Source: Rhodosorus marinus CCMP1338
Taxonomy: Eukaryota > Plantae > Rhodophyta
Direction: 5' to 3'
Assembly (NCBI GenBank): GCA_029953675.1
Contig: JAMWBK010000001.1
Coordinates: 2,666,001 to 2,730,000 of the forward strand
Length of the DNA stretch: 64,000 nt
Shown: positions 14,813 to 27,359 of the stretch, piece by piece
How positions within the stretch are numbered: position 1 is the stretch's first letter
Layout of the letters: the number at the start of each line of letters is the position of its first letter
Program-made: the position numbers and the translations under genes
Notes under the pieces: model-generated
What the model saw: only the letters and a program-made list of their open reading frames with translations
Told to the model about the DNA's origin: nothing
Databases searched by the model: none

Positions 14813-17653
14813 ATGTGCTTAGGATTTGGAGTGTTGGTTGGAGGCGCTCCAGTCTCGAGGGGTCAGAGGGCTACGACATGGAGAACGAGACAGGTTGGTG
14901 GGACTGGGGCTTGTATGGCCTTGGCTCAGAGCACTCCCCCACCTCCGAATTCGGGTCAGGGTAGGTATCTAGGGCGGTTTTCTTTGAATCATTCTGGGGA
15001 GGTTCCTGTGGACCGTCTTCAGCCGGAGGACAGCATCGAGACTATGCTTGATCATGGGCTTGTCCAGAATGCGCTGGAGATGGTATGTTGGTGTTCAAAT
15101 GAGTGAAGGGTGGTTGCAGCTTCTCGACTTTTGAGTTCTAAGAAGTTTCTTTCCGGGGGGTTCGGTTTCTTGTTTGGAAAGGCGTTGGAAGCTCAGAATT
15201 CGGGTAGGCTTCGAACGAGGGAGTTTAACTCAATTTTGGACAGACTGGGGAAATGCGGTAGGCACGAGGACGCCACTCTGTTCTTTGAGACGCTGCCAGC
15301 AATGCATGATGTGGCGAGTTATTCCATAATGATATCTATGAATGCCAAGAACAATACGGCATTTGAAGCTGAGCAGTTTTTTAAGAGAATGGTCGACAAG
15401 GGTAGGAAGTTTTGATTTGACGAAGATGGGCTACCACGTCCCACCCTGAACTGGTACTGCTTTCGCAAACTGAACACATTCACCGGGGGGGGTTTGTGCT
15501 CCCTGCTTGTTTCGTACTCTAGGGGTCACGCCAAACGCGTTCACCTATTCGGCTTTGATTCAAGCCTTGGGTCGTCAACGTCGATTCTCCGACGCGAAAG
15601 CCGTTTTTCGTTCCATGCACAGTAACGGTGTCGTTCCGAACGTTGTCGCATACAATGCAATAATCAAGGCATATAGCTCGTCGAATGCTATTGAGGAAGC
15701 CTTCTCCGTCGCGAAGGAAATGAGCGAGGTCGGGCGTAGACCCGATGTTGTAACCTACGGAACGCTTATTGACGCGTGTGCTAAGGAACGGGACGTTCAG
15801 AGGTGAGAGAATTTCCACCCTACGAAAAGTTATTAGGCTGCTGCCCGAGCTATGAAGCTGACTCGGATATCCCCTTTTGCCGTATTGCAACAGAGCTTTT
15901 AAAGTGTATGAAGAAATGAGAGCTTGCCTGATTCTGCCAACTGCTGTATGCTATGTTTCGCTAATTGATGCCTGTGGGAGGTCCAACAGACCCAATCGAG
16001 CCTTTGACGTCATGGAATTGATGAAGGCTGACGGTGTGAAGCCGTACTCCGAGGTGTACAATGCTATGATATCAGTTTTTGCAAAGCACAAGATGGTGGA
16101 TGAGGCGTTTCAGATGTACGAAGAAATGCGTCGAAACGCTGTGCCACCCTGCCAGGTGAGCGTTATTTGCTGAAAATAAGGATTTGTGGAGATCTGGCCT
16201 TTTCTATTCCCTGACTTTTGTACTGCTCGCGAATTGGGTTTCCTAGATGACCTTCAACTCGTTGATTTCCGCCTCCACTAAAGTGCGGAACGTCAGGAGG
16301 GCATTTGCGGCGTTCAAAACCATGACGACACAGTTCCACTTGCTGCCGGACGCCAGTACTTTCAGCGTCCTCATCGATGCATGCGGAAAGGCGGGGCTCT
16401 TGGATCGTGCATTTGACCTTTTCCACCGTATGAGGGCTCAAGGGTTCACCCCCAGGCCGGTGACGTACAATGCACTTCTGGACGCACTGGGACGGGCGAA
16501 GATGTATGAAGAGGCGGAATCTCTGCTGGAAGCGATGTTGGCGGAAGAAGTTGCCCCGGACGTCTACACTTTGAACACCATGGTCGCGGTGTGTTGCCGG
16601 AGCGGGCGGCTCCATCAAGCTTTCGAAGTTCTGACCAAGATGAAGGAGCATAAAGTGAGACCAGATGAGGTCACATACAACACCTTGGTCGATGCCTTTG
16701 GGAAAACTGGGTCGGTATCGGCGGCGTTTGATCTCGTTGCACAGATGAGGAGAAATGGTAAGTGGGTCTGGACGACAAGAGCTGGTGCACATTGAACAAC
16801 GGCTCCTGACTGGAGCGATTGCCACTGTCCTATTCCTCGGCGGCAGGTATTGCTCCGAGCACAGTAACGTTCAACAGTCTCGCACTTTCTTGTCACAAAT
16901 TTGATGATGCCAAACACGCCGGAGCAGTTTTGGATGAAGTGGACAAGGTCACATCTCTCGACAGGAAGACTTGCAGGGCCTTGATGTCAGTTTTTCTATC
17001 CAACGATCGTACTGACCAGGTCATCAGGCTTTGTGAAATGGTAGGTTGATCAAAACCGACGTGACCGCTTCCTTTTCAGCTCTTTTGTTCTCTGACCAGC
17101 GACCTCTTCCGCTTCCAAACAGGCATCGGAGGCTCCACCATTCTTTCAGAACAAGTTGCTGGTAACAGTGATTGAACAGAGCGTGGAACACAAGCGTGTG
17201 GACCTCGCCAGACACGTGTACAAAAGTTTTAGCAATGTGGAAGTTATCAGCACTCTCCTCCGCCCTAAAGTCAGGTCGGCGATCACTGGCGATGGGCGAC
17301 AGCGAAGGTTCGATTCTTAGATTGCCCTGCCCTCCACGGGGATATCGTTGTAATTTTTTTGTATTCAGATGGGAGCGCTTTTCGCTTTTTTCGCTCTCAG
17401 AACGCTGCCATAGGCTAGTGACCATATTCGAATCTCGGCATGGCAGCTAGGAAGTCTTTTCACCATATATGTATAAAGGAAAAAACTATGCAACTCCAGA
17501 TTTTGCCCTGCCGGCTGGGAAGGAAGATTATAGAATGCGTTCCCACTAATTCTCCCACTCGGAGGCGTTCCGGGAGATTTTTCATCTGCCATCCTGGAGG
17601 TTGATGGTGACGTTGTGCAAAGGCTTGAGCTTGGACTTGAACGGCTGCTATAA
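14813..17653 (+). CDS. P-class pentatricopeptide repeat protein, probably organelle-targeted (3' end uncertain)
   Basis: Many canonical 35-aa PPR motifs (PNAFTYSALIQALGRQRRFSDAKAVFRSM, PDVVTYGTLIDACAK, PDEVTYNTLVDAFGKTG) over at least 7 exons. Confidence 0.92.
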
Positions 17654-17794
17654 GTTGTAAGAATAGGACTTCAGAACAATTTTATTTCTCGTATTCACTC
17701 TAAATAGGTTAAGGTAGCTATCTACAAAAATGGAGGGGAAAGCCTTCGCGAAGAAAAGCTGCAAATTAGAAACCAAACTCGGAAATATGAAAAG

Positions 17795-18441
17795 TTAAAA
17801 GCTCATTTCAGTGGAGACAGGGGCTGAGCTTGCCATGACAGGCGACTTCCTCTTGAAACTTACGACTTCGATCATTGGGCTGATCGCCACCTTCTTCTTA
17901 TCCAGCTTTGTTGTATCCTTGAAGGAACCTGATCTTCTCAAAACGCCCGAGGACGGTGAAGTGCTCAAACGGGGCGAAGTCGCACCGGGTTCTGAGCCAT
18001 CCGAGCTCTGCGTTACACTCGGTACGGTGATACTTCGAGTCATTTCTGCGGGGACGACTGGAGAGCCCTTCCCACTACCCTTTACATTCGCGTACTTCAG
18101 GAGCATGTAGTCCAACTCCGTCAGCGACTCGGGTGAAACCTCATATCCGGAGTTCGAGTCCGACTCTGAATCCAAGAGGTCCAAGCGCAGTGGTTCCCTT
18201 TGTTCCTTCGGTACCTTTACCTCCTTGTTCTTCTCCTTTACATCCTTGCTCTCGTCAATCTTGACAAACACCGGGCCCTTCAACCACGAGGTATATTCCA
18301 CCGGAGAAAACTCCGAGCGGTTGTTCAATGTGTTACAGCTCGTCACTCGTCGCAGCTCAGGATCACGCTCCTCCAAGTGAGAAGTAATCATGTTCGTCGG
18401 GGTCAGTTTCCCCACAGCACTCTTCACACGACTTATCGGCA
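17795..18441 (-). CDS. Hypothetical Ser-rich, probably disordered protein (~215 aa)
   Basis: Uninterrupted ORF from MPISRVKSAV with a purine-rich leader upstream; no family recognised. Confidence 0.6.
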
Positions 18442-18779
18442 TTCTTCCCTCCCAAACAGCAAACAAAAACAAAAAAAAACAGAACCTTCTCACTCATCCA
18501 AGAAGCCCTCTCCCCTCGTTACCCTCCTCGCCCTGCCCCCACACCCCAGTCCGCCTCCCCCAGAAAATCCCCACAATACCAAATCCTATATACTATGGAG
18601 AAACAAAAAAAACAAGCTCTCCAACCCAGCTCATCGTCATCCATCACCTCGAGCTGAGGGGAAACTCCTCCCCTCCTCCCAAAAGCCAATTAAATTATTC
18701 CCATAAATCAAACACTCCACCGGACTTCAAAATACTGAAATACACGCACCCCTTTTCTATCTTACTCAAAATCAAGAAT

Positions 18780-19740
18780 TTGTTTATAAAATTATATTAA
18801 CACAATATTATCACCTTTTCATTCCCCCACCCCCCCCCCCTTGTCTTTTGATTACAACGATGGAAGTGAAAACTCCTAATTGGATCTGGTTTTGTTTTGT
18901 GTTATATGATAAATGGGTTGCGGATGAGCGACAGTGGACGCTAAGACATACGCTCACGCGTAAGTGTTCGTGACCCGTCAAAGTCACCGATCAAGAAAGG
19001 TGTCACTCTTGTCTCTATTCATCATAAAACTTTCCAAAACTAATAAATGACGTATTCTTCTCGTAGAAGAAAAAAAGTGAGCACCTTCAAAAAAAACGTT
19101 AAACGATATTATAAATTCTTTAATTAAACGACTTAACCGGTTGATTGGTTGTTTTAGTAATAAAATTCATTCCTACTCGTTCAGAGTGGCCCTTTCGCAA
19201 TGGCGCAAAAGGTTCCATTTATCTAACTTTACTAATTTATTTCATGGTACCAGGGGCAACAAGCCCCCCGAAAAATTGGACAGATGAATATATTTTAAGG
19301 GGGGGTTCATACAAACACATAATTGCCAAATACAACCCTAAAGATACCAAAACAAGAGTATTTGAAATCAACTTTGACACAAACAACCCCCCCCACCCCG
19401 CTTCCTACCTACAGAGATAAATAGGAGAATCCTCAAAATCACGTTGTCAATACTTTATTGGATACTTCTTTCGTTGTAATCTACTCATTGGGTCCTTATA
19501 TTGATTGAATCCAGTCATTCTTTTGTCCAATCAATGCAGAGAACAAATTCCCCCCTTCAATGTATTGTAAGATTTATTTGTGATAGTTTTGATATCCACT
19601 TCATTTTGTTCTGTGGAGAACTCGAAGAAGAAAAAAAAGAAAAAGGCTGGGAACTTGTTCCAAAGCGGATGGATTGCACAGCCTAACATCGAAATTGAGC
19701 TTTATTGATATGGCGAAATTTTTGTTTTTTGGCTGATGAA
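18780..19740. promoter_or_regulatory. AT-rich intergenic region
   Basis: Composition; upstream of the minus-strand hypothetical gene. Confidence 0.4.
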
Positions 19741-19899
19741 TGGCTACAGGTTTGTATTGGGAGGAGAGGGGTTTGGGAGGAGGGTGAAGGCTAACATTCT
19801 CGTTCCCGACCCTCCTCGGGCCCCCCTTGCCCTGCCCTCCCCTTTCCGCTCCATCCTCATCGCCTCTTCCGCCTCTGGTGGAGGAGGGAGATACATGAA

Positions 19900-21130
19900 A
19901 AGGGTTTTCGCCATGGTGACATGATTAGCTGGTTAGCGTATATTTGTTGGGAGGGGCAAATAGGAAAAAAACTTTTGGGGCAAGGAGTAAGTGGTGAACA
20001 TGGTGGCGGATGTTGTGTTTTGTTGCATCGGGTGAATGAGGAATGGTGGAAGCAGTTTTGTAAAGGCTCTGTTGGTAGTCTAGCGTAATTCGAAATAGAT
20101 AGTAGGTTGATGACGCTGATTGTGCGTGTGATCTGTAGTTTTTCTCCGGTTGGGCGGACGATGAAGTAAGACCGGATCCTCCCCCCCTCCAAGGCTGAAA
20201 GCTCCGCCTCAAGCAACCAATATCTGCCTACCCCCAAAATCGAACGGTAGATGGCGTATTAGAAAGCGCCCGCAAACGGTGCTTCTAATATTCGCTTTAG
20301 TGCCTGTCAGAGGCTCAAAATTTTCTTACCCTTCCGGCAGCAGGCACAGCTCGGCGAGAAAATAGTCGTGTTTGGCCAACAGGCCACCTAGCGCGTTCAA
20401 AGTGAAGCCCGGGGTGCGGGAGGGGAAACCAAACAGAATGAACCCTGGAGGGATCTTTCGCCGTCCAGAAGGGCTCGGCCAGCTCGTTTTGCCTGTGCGG
20501 TTGGATGGGTTGGCCGTTGGGGCCTACCAGAGGATCCAACTCGCAGCTGCGGTCATTTCGTGGGCCAACGCTTTGACTGCTGGGCTCCGGCGGGTTTACT
20601 AGGAGGTCTTCGTGGGGGGCTCCTACCTGAGGCTCTCTCCTCGCAACTGGGCGACATTTTTGAGGAGCTGACGACGGCCATGCAGCAGTATACCTAATTT
20701 CACGCTTGCTAGCTGCCGTTCTCACGATCGCGGCATCCCCAACAATATCATCTCTTCTACACAGGAAGATCCCGATGCAGCTCCACCAGGAAGTGGGCAG
20801 TTAATGCTCCCCTTGAACCAAAGCAGCGTTTGAGCGCCTGGGAATCAAGCCCAAAGAAGAAAAAACGTGGGTAAGTGCATCAGCACGGCCACGTAAGCAA
20901 TCACTCCACCCCCAGCGCCATATACGAGTCCGAAAGACTTCTAAAGGAGATCATCAAACCGATGCATGAACTCTGGGTACAAAACGACAGCGTTGGTTAG
21001 CGCCTCCACGTACACCGTTTCCTGCTAACTCCAAATAGTCTTCGCCGCTACACCCCGGTGACTTCAACAAACAGACACGCAGCTCCGAAGAGGACATCGG
21101 AGACGCCAGGTCCACGAAGGTGTTGGTCCC
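19900..21130. pseudogene. Coding-like segment without intact gene
   Basis: GC-rich block between two AT-rich spacers; only short ORFs; isolated GTAAGT donor near 20871. Confidence 0.3.
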
Positions 21131-21776
21131 TCCGGACCGTCAGTCGGTCCGAAAAAAGCTTCTCCAAAGTTCATAATAAAATGAAATAAACTCCAAACCA
21201 TAATGATGCTCATTAATTGGATACAAAGTACCTGATTTCTATGCTATATCAAATAATATTAATATATATTAAATCTGTTCATGAATACAGTTTAACAAGC
21301 GAAATCCCATTATTTATTTCATATTTAATTAATAATCGATTGTAAATATAAACTATTATGAAGAATATTGATATACATATTTTTATTGGCTAAATTACAC
21401 CAATCAGCGGAGAATAAGTTTGGAATATTGGTAATTAAAAGTAAGATCCTATCAAATTTATCCTGCTTCCTTGGCTTTTGCGGGCGCATGTATAATTACG
21501 TAGATACACATGTAATTGCCGGTCTAAATTGTTCAAAAAGATGAAATATGTTCCGGCTATTTGTTAATTGCATGTAATTACAGTTTAATATACTCTTTTG
21601 TGATTGACAGGATTTTGTCCGGCCGCTCCGGTCGCTGAGTCATTGACTTATGAATGGGAGTGGGTGCTTGGGAGGGTTTGACTGTTGGTAGGTTGGAATT
21701 GGTAGTTGCGGTTGGAGTTAAAGTTTGAAAGGTAGGAATTTTTAGGAAATGTGGTATTGAACCGGTGTAGGAAGTC

Positions 21777-23020
21777 ATGGATCCTGCTTTTGTTGTGGGG
21801 TCTATTCGGTCTGGTTTTGGAGGTACGGAATGTGGAGCCAGCACATGCCAGAGGAGCAGGACTGGTGTCAAGTGGAGCATGGCGACTGAAGAGCCAGAAG
21901 CTTCGTCTGAGAAGGAAGGTATGTTGAGTTTGGGTCTCAACAGACCAGAACGCTATGTGTGTTGAGTCCTGGTTTTCAATTTGGCTTTCTGTGCAGAGTA
22001 CAAAATGGGAAAAGTGAGCGCTCCACGAACATCAAAGTATGGAAAGAGAAAGTTCCAAGTCGGAAACGTTAAACAGCAAGGGAAGAAGTACGTCGAATAC
22101 ACACCTGCTCCTCAGTTGAGAATCACTGGCGGAACTGCTAAAGGGAGAAAACTGACCTCCCCCGACGTGTACATGAGACCGATGATGGGAAAGGTCCGTG
22201 AAGCTGTATACTCTATGGTAAGCCTGTTATCCTTTCGTAACTAGAACGAAATTTTTGGTTTCCAGCTGGTCTTCTTATGTACTTATCCACTTGCCCGGAA
22301 ACACAGCTTTACCAGTTCGATGCGCTCGAAGGCGGTATGGCAGTTGATATGTTCTGTGGAAGCGGATCAGTTGGTCTTGAAGCACTTTCAAGAGGTCTGG
22401 ATAAGGCTTTATTTGTCGACTTATCACCAGTTTGCACAGAAACCTGCGAAAAGAATATCGTTCATTGCGGTTTTGAAGGTCGTGGGAGGGCCGTCAACTG
22501 TACCGCCGAGCAGGTACGGAGGGATAAGGTCCCGACCAAAACAAGCATTATTTTTTTTATGCTACTCGATGTTGAAAAAGAAGAACATGGTCGTTACGTT
22601 CGCGTTTCAGATGCTTCTTTACCCCGAACGCTATGGCGTAGAAGAGCATGCAAAGCTGATAACTTTGACTCCGCCGTACGAAGAAGTTGACTACGGAGAA
22701 CTGATGTACGCTGCCGCCGGCTCTGACCTCGTCGGGGAGGGCACTTTTCTCGTAGTTGAATACCCTGTTGAGCTCGGTAAGTCTAGATGATTCATGAGAC
22801 CGGCAGGAGGACAGCGCCACCCACCAATCTTCAGTTCAAGTCAGCCTGAAAAGCCCTAAAACGCTTTTCACTCTCAACAGGATCTTTGGAACCAGCTTAT
22901 AGACATAGATTGGTCGGGATTAGGAACAGGAAATACGGAAGAACAGTCATAGCGATCTACGCTTGTCAACCCCCGAGATTTGTTGATCCGAGACCGGACG
23001 AATTCGCAGCTCCAGTATAA
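21777..23020 (+). CDS. rsmD: RsmD-like 16S rRNA m2G966 methyltransferase, plastid type
   Basis: LRITGGTAKGRKLTSPDVYMRPMMGKVREAVYSM; SAM motif DMFCGSGSVGLEALSRG; TPPY variant of DPPY; RKYGRTVIAIY; 5 exons; N-terminus MDPAFVVG. Confidence 0.9.
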
Positions 23021-23379
23021 TGTATGCTAAAGAGTCCCCCCTTTGTTATGTAAAAGCCGGAGAATTGAAGTGGAAGAAACGAGAAATGACTTTCCCAGGT
23101 CTCCTCAGAGGCACACGAGTGGATGATGGGTCGATCCGGCTAGACCAAACACCGGCAAAGGCATCGCGCCCTGCAACGAGCCACGGACACAACGCACGTT
23201 GTTTGGGGGGGTCCTTTTTTGCAGAAGCAGTAGACTGTACTCACGTAGAGACCCAGGATTGACTCTGTGAATCTGTTCATAGAATAGAAGTAGTCTACCC
23301 AACTAGGTCGCTTCCCTGCCAGCGCGGCTCCCGTGTTTGTCCACCTGAAGCCGTAACCAGAAACTGCTTCGACACGCTC

Positions 23380-23790
23380 CGGCATTGGTAGCAAGCCAGG
23401 TTGACGTCGAGGACTTAGGCGGCAGTGAATCGAAACTAGAGGTGCCTTTGCTGTTCACTCTTCTAGCTCAGTCAAGCCTGGTCCTCGACAAGAAAACACA
23501 TCTCGACGAGCTAAGAGCTCGGGCAGGACAGAATTCCGCGTCGGACGTGCTTTCGAATAGCTGGACAGCTCTTCGATCCTTGATCGATAAGTCAAGGGCT
23601 CAGACTCCTTGAGCAGCTTGAAAAGTTATCGATCGCTGATCAACAAGCTAAGATCTCGGGCAAGACAGGACTCAGTCAGAGAAGCTCCCGAAACGCAAAG
23701 ACGGGACGATCGTCAGAGATAACAGGAACGGACTCCACTGGTCTAACAAGCATTCGAATAGCTGGAAACTTGTTCAGTAAACCGGCTAGG
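23380..23790 (+). repeat. Degenerate internal duplication in an interrupted coding-like segment
   Basis: gagctaagagctcgggcaggacag (23508) vs aagctaagatctcgggcaagacag (23645); ttcgaatagctgga at 23552 and 23753. Confidence 0.6.
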
Positions 23791-24015
23791 ACAATGACCT
23801 TTGAAAAGTTCCTTCCGCTCCAACTCGGGATTGGATTCAATCGGACCTGTCCACCAAATACGTTGAAATCCGCTATCAGCTTTTGATCGCCATTTGGGCT
23901 GGAGACTGGAGAAGCTTCGGCAGCACTAGAGCTTTGACTGTTATTTTTGTACCAAATCGTGCGGCTGAATAGTTTGTTTTTTGGATTTGTGTGAAAAATC
24001 TGGTCGTCGTCAAGT

Positions 24016-25049
24016 ATGGCTGAGGGTTCAGATGACGTTCACGATCTGACTGTATCCGCATCGACTCCGTTCAACCCGGAGATCGAAATTCAAGTGGATC
24101 TGGCTTCCGTGAAATGCTTGGATTCTCAGGTCGGGGGTCACCGTGGAATATTTCTTTCGAGCAAGGACGGAAAAGTGCTTAAGAGATGTATCGCTGAGGA
24201 GATTAACTTCTACCGCTACCTCGCGGAGAACGGTATATCGGAAAGCTTTTTCCCCGCTTCGCCCGGGACAATGGTGCTCAGTATGAAGATCGACGACGAG
24301 GTTATTACGAATGAAACTTACCTGGTCATGGAGGATCTCACCAAAGCGTTCAATCACCCGTCCGTCCTCGACATCAAGGTTGGCACTGTCCCATGGGGCT
24401 GGCCGATTACCGAGGAAAAGCTACAAAAACAAATCAGAAAACGTGAAGCCACAACAACAGGAAAGCTGGGATTTAGAATCACTGGTATGAAGGTAAGAAA
24501 AAGCCTCATCTATGCCCCGCAGCGTCCTGCTCATCAGCTTGGGAGCTTTGCTCCGTTGCTTTGGAGATTGTCTAAAACAAGATCAATGAGTATCAAAATT
24601 TAAGAACATATGCGATTGGTTTTTATCCTATTCAGATGTGGATGCCAAATCAAGGAAACTATGATATTTTAGATCGAACTTTTGGTCATCACCTTGCTCC
24701 AGAGGACGTTCCACCTGCCATCACAAGGTTTTCTGAGAGTGGCAAGGTGGACGTTTTGAAGTCATTCCTGGAGCAACTGATCAAGTTTGAAGCATGGGAA
24801 AAGTCGTATGGAACGAAGAACCTTGGACTTCACGGAGCTTCTCTGCTTTTCATCTATGAAGGGGAGCCGTCTGTTGCAGACCCAGCTGCCCCGAGGCTAT
24901 GCCTGATCGATTTCCCGCACACGGAGTACTTGAAGACCGGCGTGACGCCCAGACTGGAAGCGTGGAAGGAGGGGGACCACGACGGAATTCTGTTCGGAGT
25001 TTCGAATCTTGTGAAGATCTTTGAGGAGGTTGCGAGAGCGCGCTCTTGA
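24016..25049 (+). CDS. IPMK: Inositol polyphosphate multikinase (IPK superfamily)
   Basis: QVGGH, YLVMEDLT, PSVLDIKVG (PxxxDxKxG), GFRITGM, ASLLFIYE, LIDF motifs; intron ~24493-24635. Confidence 0.92.
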
Positions 25050-25124
25050 AAGCGCTCAATCCCCTCTGTAGCTAGCATCTGTCGCTTTGTCTCGTCGGCT
25101 TTTTTTTTTTTTTTTTTTGCTGAT

Positions 25125-26204
25125 TTAGAACCGTGCGTAGGGAGCGAAATCTGGCTTTCTTCGTTCTAAGAACGCATCCCGTCCTTCCTGTCCTTCTTTC
25201 GATTGATAGAAGAGCCGCGTAGCTTCTCCAGCGAGCTGGGACAGCCTGTGGGAGGAGAGACAGGAGTTTGTCGGCACCGGTTAGGTAAAGACGTATACGA
25301 GTTTCGTGACAGTAATCACTGTTGGGAGAGAACGCTGCATACCCTGCTTGACCATCGCAATCAGCATTCAGGGCCGCTTTTAGACAAGCGATTGCGGTTG
25401 GGCTCTTCTCCATAATTTCCCGGCACCATCGAACCGTTTCTGCCTCGAGCTCTTCCAATCGAACCACCTTGTTAACAAGCTGTATGCAAATCGGATCGGA
25501 GCACAAAAAGGGGGACGCTGAGAAGACCCTACGGGATTAAGGACAACCTGTTCGATTGGGCTTACCCCCATTTGAAACGCCTCTTCGGCATTGTACTGTC
25601 TGCACAGAAACCAGAATTCTCTTGCGCGTTTCTGACCGATGATTCGGCTCATATAGCTAGAGCCATATCCACCATCAAAGCTGCCGACTTTCGGGCCGGT
25701 CTGACCGAACCTGGCGTTCTCTGCTGCAATGGTAAGGTCGCACACCATGTGGAGAATATGGCCCCCGCCAATGGCATAGCCCGCGACCATTGCGATGACG
25801 GGTTTTGGGAGTCTCCTCATCAGAATATGGAGGTCCAAAACTTCCAATCTCGGAACGCCATCTTCTCCAACGTAACCACCATCACCCCGAATGGACTGAT
25901 CTCCTCCGGAACAGAACGCCTCTGTCCCCTCACCGGTCATGATCACCACGCGAGTATTCGGATCATCTCGAATGAAAAGAAACGCCTGCTCCAACTCCCT
26001 CAACGTCTTCGGCCGGAAGGCATTCCGTTTCCACGGCCGGCAAATCGTCAACTTCATAATCCCATCCCCGCTAAACTCCACCCGAACATCCTCAAATCCA
26101 CGACAGCGATCCACCAAAGCCCAATTCACCCCTCCTCCACAAGATTCCACCGCCTCAATCCCCATAGTTCTCCCTATTCCCAGAAAACTCCTACAGCGTC
26201 TCAA
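25125..26204 (-). CDS. menB: 1,4-dihydroxy-2-naphthoyl-CoA synthase (start uncertain)
   Basis: [56 protein letters not shown]; 3 exons; ends [10 protein letters not shown]. Confidence 0.95.
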
Positions 26205-26316
26205 AACCCCCCCCTCCTCCCAAAAAAAACATACACACCACCAACCTATCTCCTCTCCAATCCCTAAAGATACTCCTTCTCATACCAATTCAATTAATCC
26301 AAATATCCATCTAATC

Positions 26317-26375
26317 CATCCAGTCACATCCAGTTACATCCAGTCACATCCAGTCACATCCAGTCACATCCAGTC
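26317..26375 (+). repeat. 10-bp minisatellite (CATCCAGTCA) x6
   Basis: Direct inspection; lies in the menB upstream region. Confidence 0.95.
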
Positions 26376-26499
26376 TACTCCCACTCCAGTCCATCCCCCA
26401 TCGATCTATCGATCGATCGATCCACCTCTCGCTCTGCATCTCCCCAAATCCCAAATGACTTCCTCCCCAAACGCAAAAAAAGCAGTGCTTTTGTTTTGT

Positions 26500-27200
26500 G
26501 TGTTTTTTTTTTATATTCGACTGGCCCAAAAAAAAGAAAAAAGGTTCCGCTACAAAAATAGAATAAAATATATTTTTAATCCATATTCCTTTTTTATTCA
26601 TCAATTTCTAATACTGAAGTTATTAATTATAAAACTTATCTCAAGTATTTTAGTTTTATGCGAAATATTTTGATCTACACCCAATAATAATGAGGTAATA
26701 AATTGAATATACGATATGTTATGAAGTAGTAGTTTTTTAAATTTATTATGAATATATATAGATGCAAATATAAATATTTACGTTGTATACCAATATTTTA
26801 TATTTTATATTCTTCCATTGGGCAACAGCAATAGGATAATATTGAACTGAATAAATGATTTTTTTATATGTCGATATTTAATATTTAATACTAGTACTGT
26901 GTACAATAAATATAGGTCTTATACATATTATTTACATATATTGATTATGCTTAAATATTTAATTTTTCAAATATCTTGAGTATAAACTATTGATTGAAAA
27001 AAGCCTTTTTTTGCGAATTGAGATATCGGGCAAGCAGTTTTTCCTTGTTGTTTTAAACTTTTCTTGAGGGTAGTCCTTTGCGGAGATCATTTTAGCAGAA
27101 TTCGTCTCACGAAATTGTTAGATTAGAGTTTTAAATGAAAAACAGAACACAGTCTAAATGATTGGTTTCGGGCTGTTAATGATTGAACAGGAGCTTGGAG
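26500..27200. promoter_or_regulatory. Very AT-rich divergent promoter region (menB / RBR-Pol lambda locus)
   Basis: Most AT-rich stretch in this part of the window, between divergently oriented genes. Confidence 0.55.
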
Positions 27201-27359
27201 GTCTAGATGAATGTGAGGATGCTGAGGAGCCTTCTCGGACGCGCTACGGGTTGTCCAGCCTGTCCTTCTGACCTGTCTTGGCCTTTATGGAAATTTGTAT
27301 CCGCTTTTACAGACAGAATATGTGTTCCCCTAGTCATTTTTTTTGTTTTTTTTTCGAAG

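Noticed and set aside
25100-25118. A-run just after the menB stop suggesting a retrocopy
   Set aside because: menB retains introns, and long A/T homopolymers are common throughout the window.
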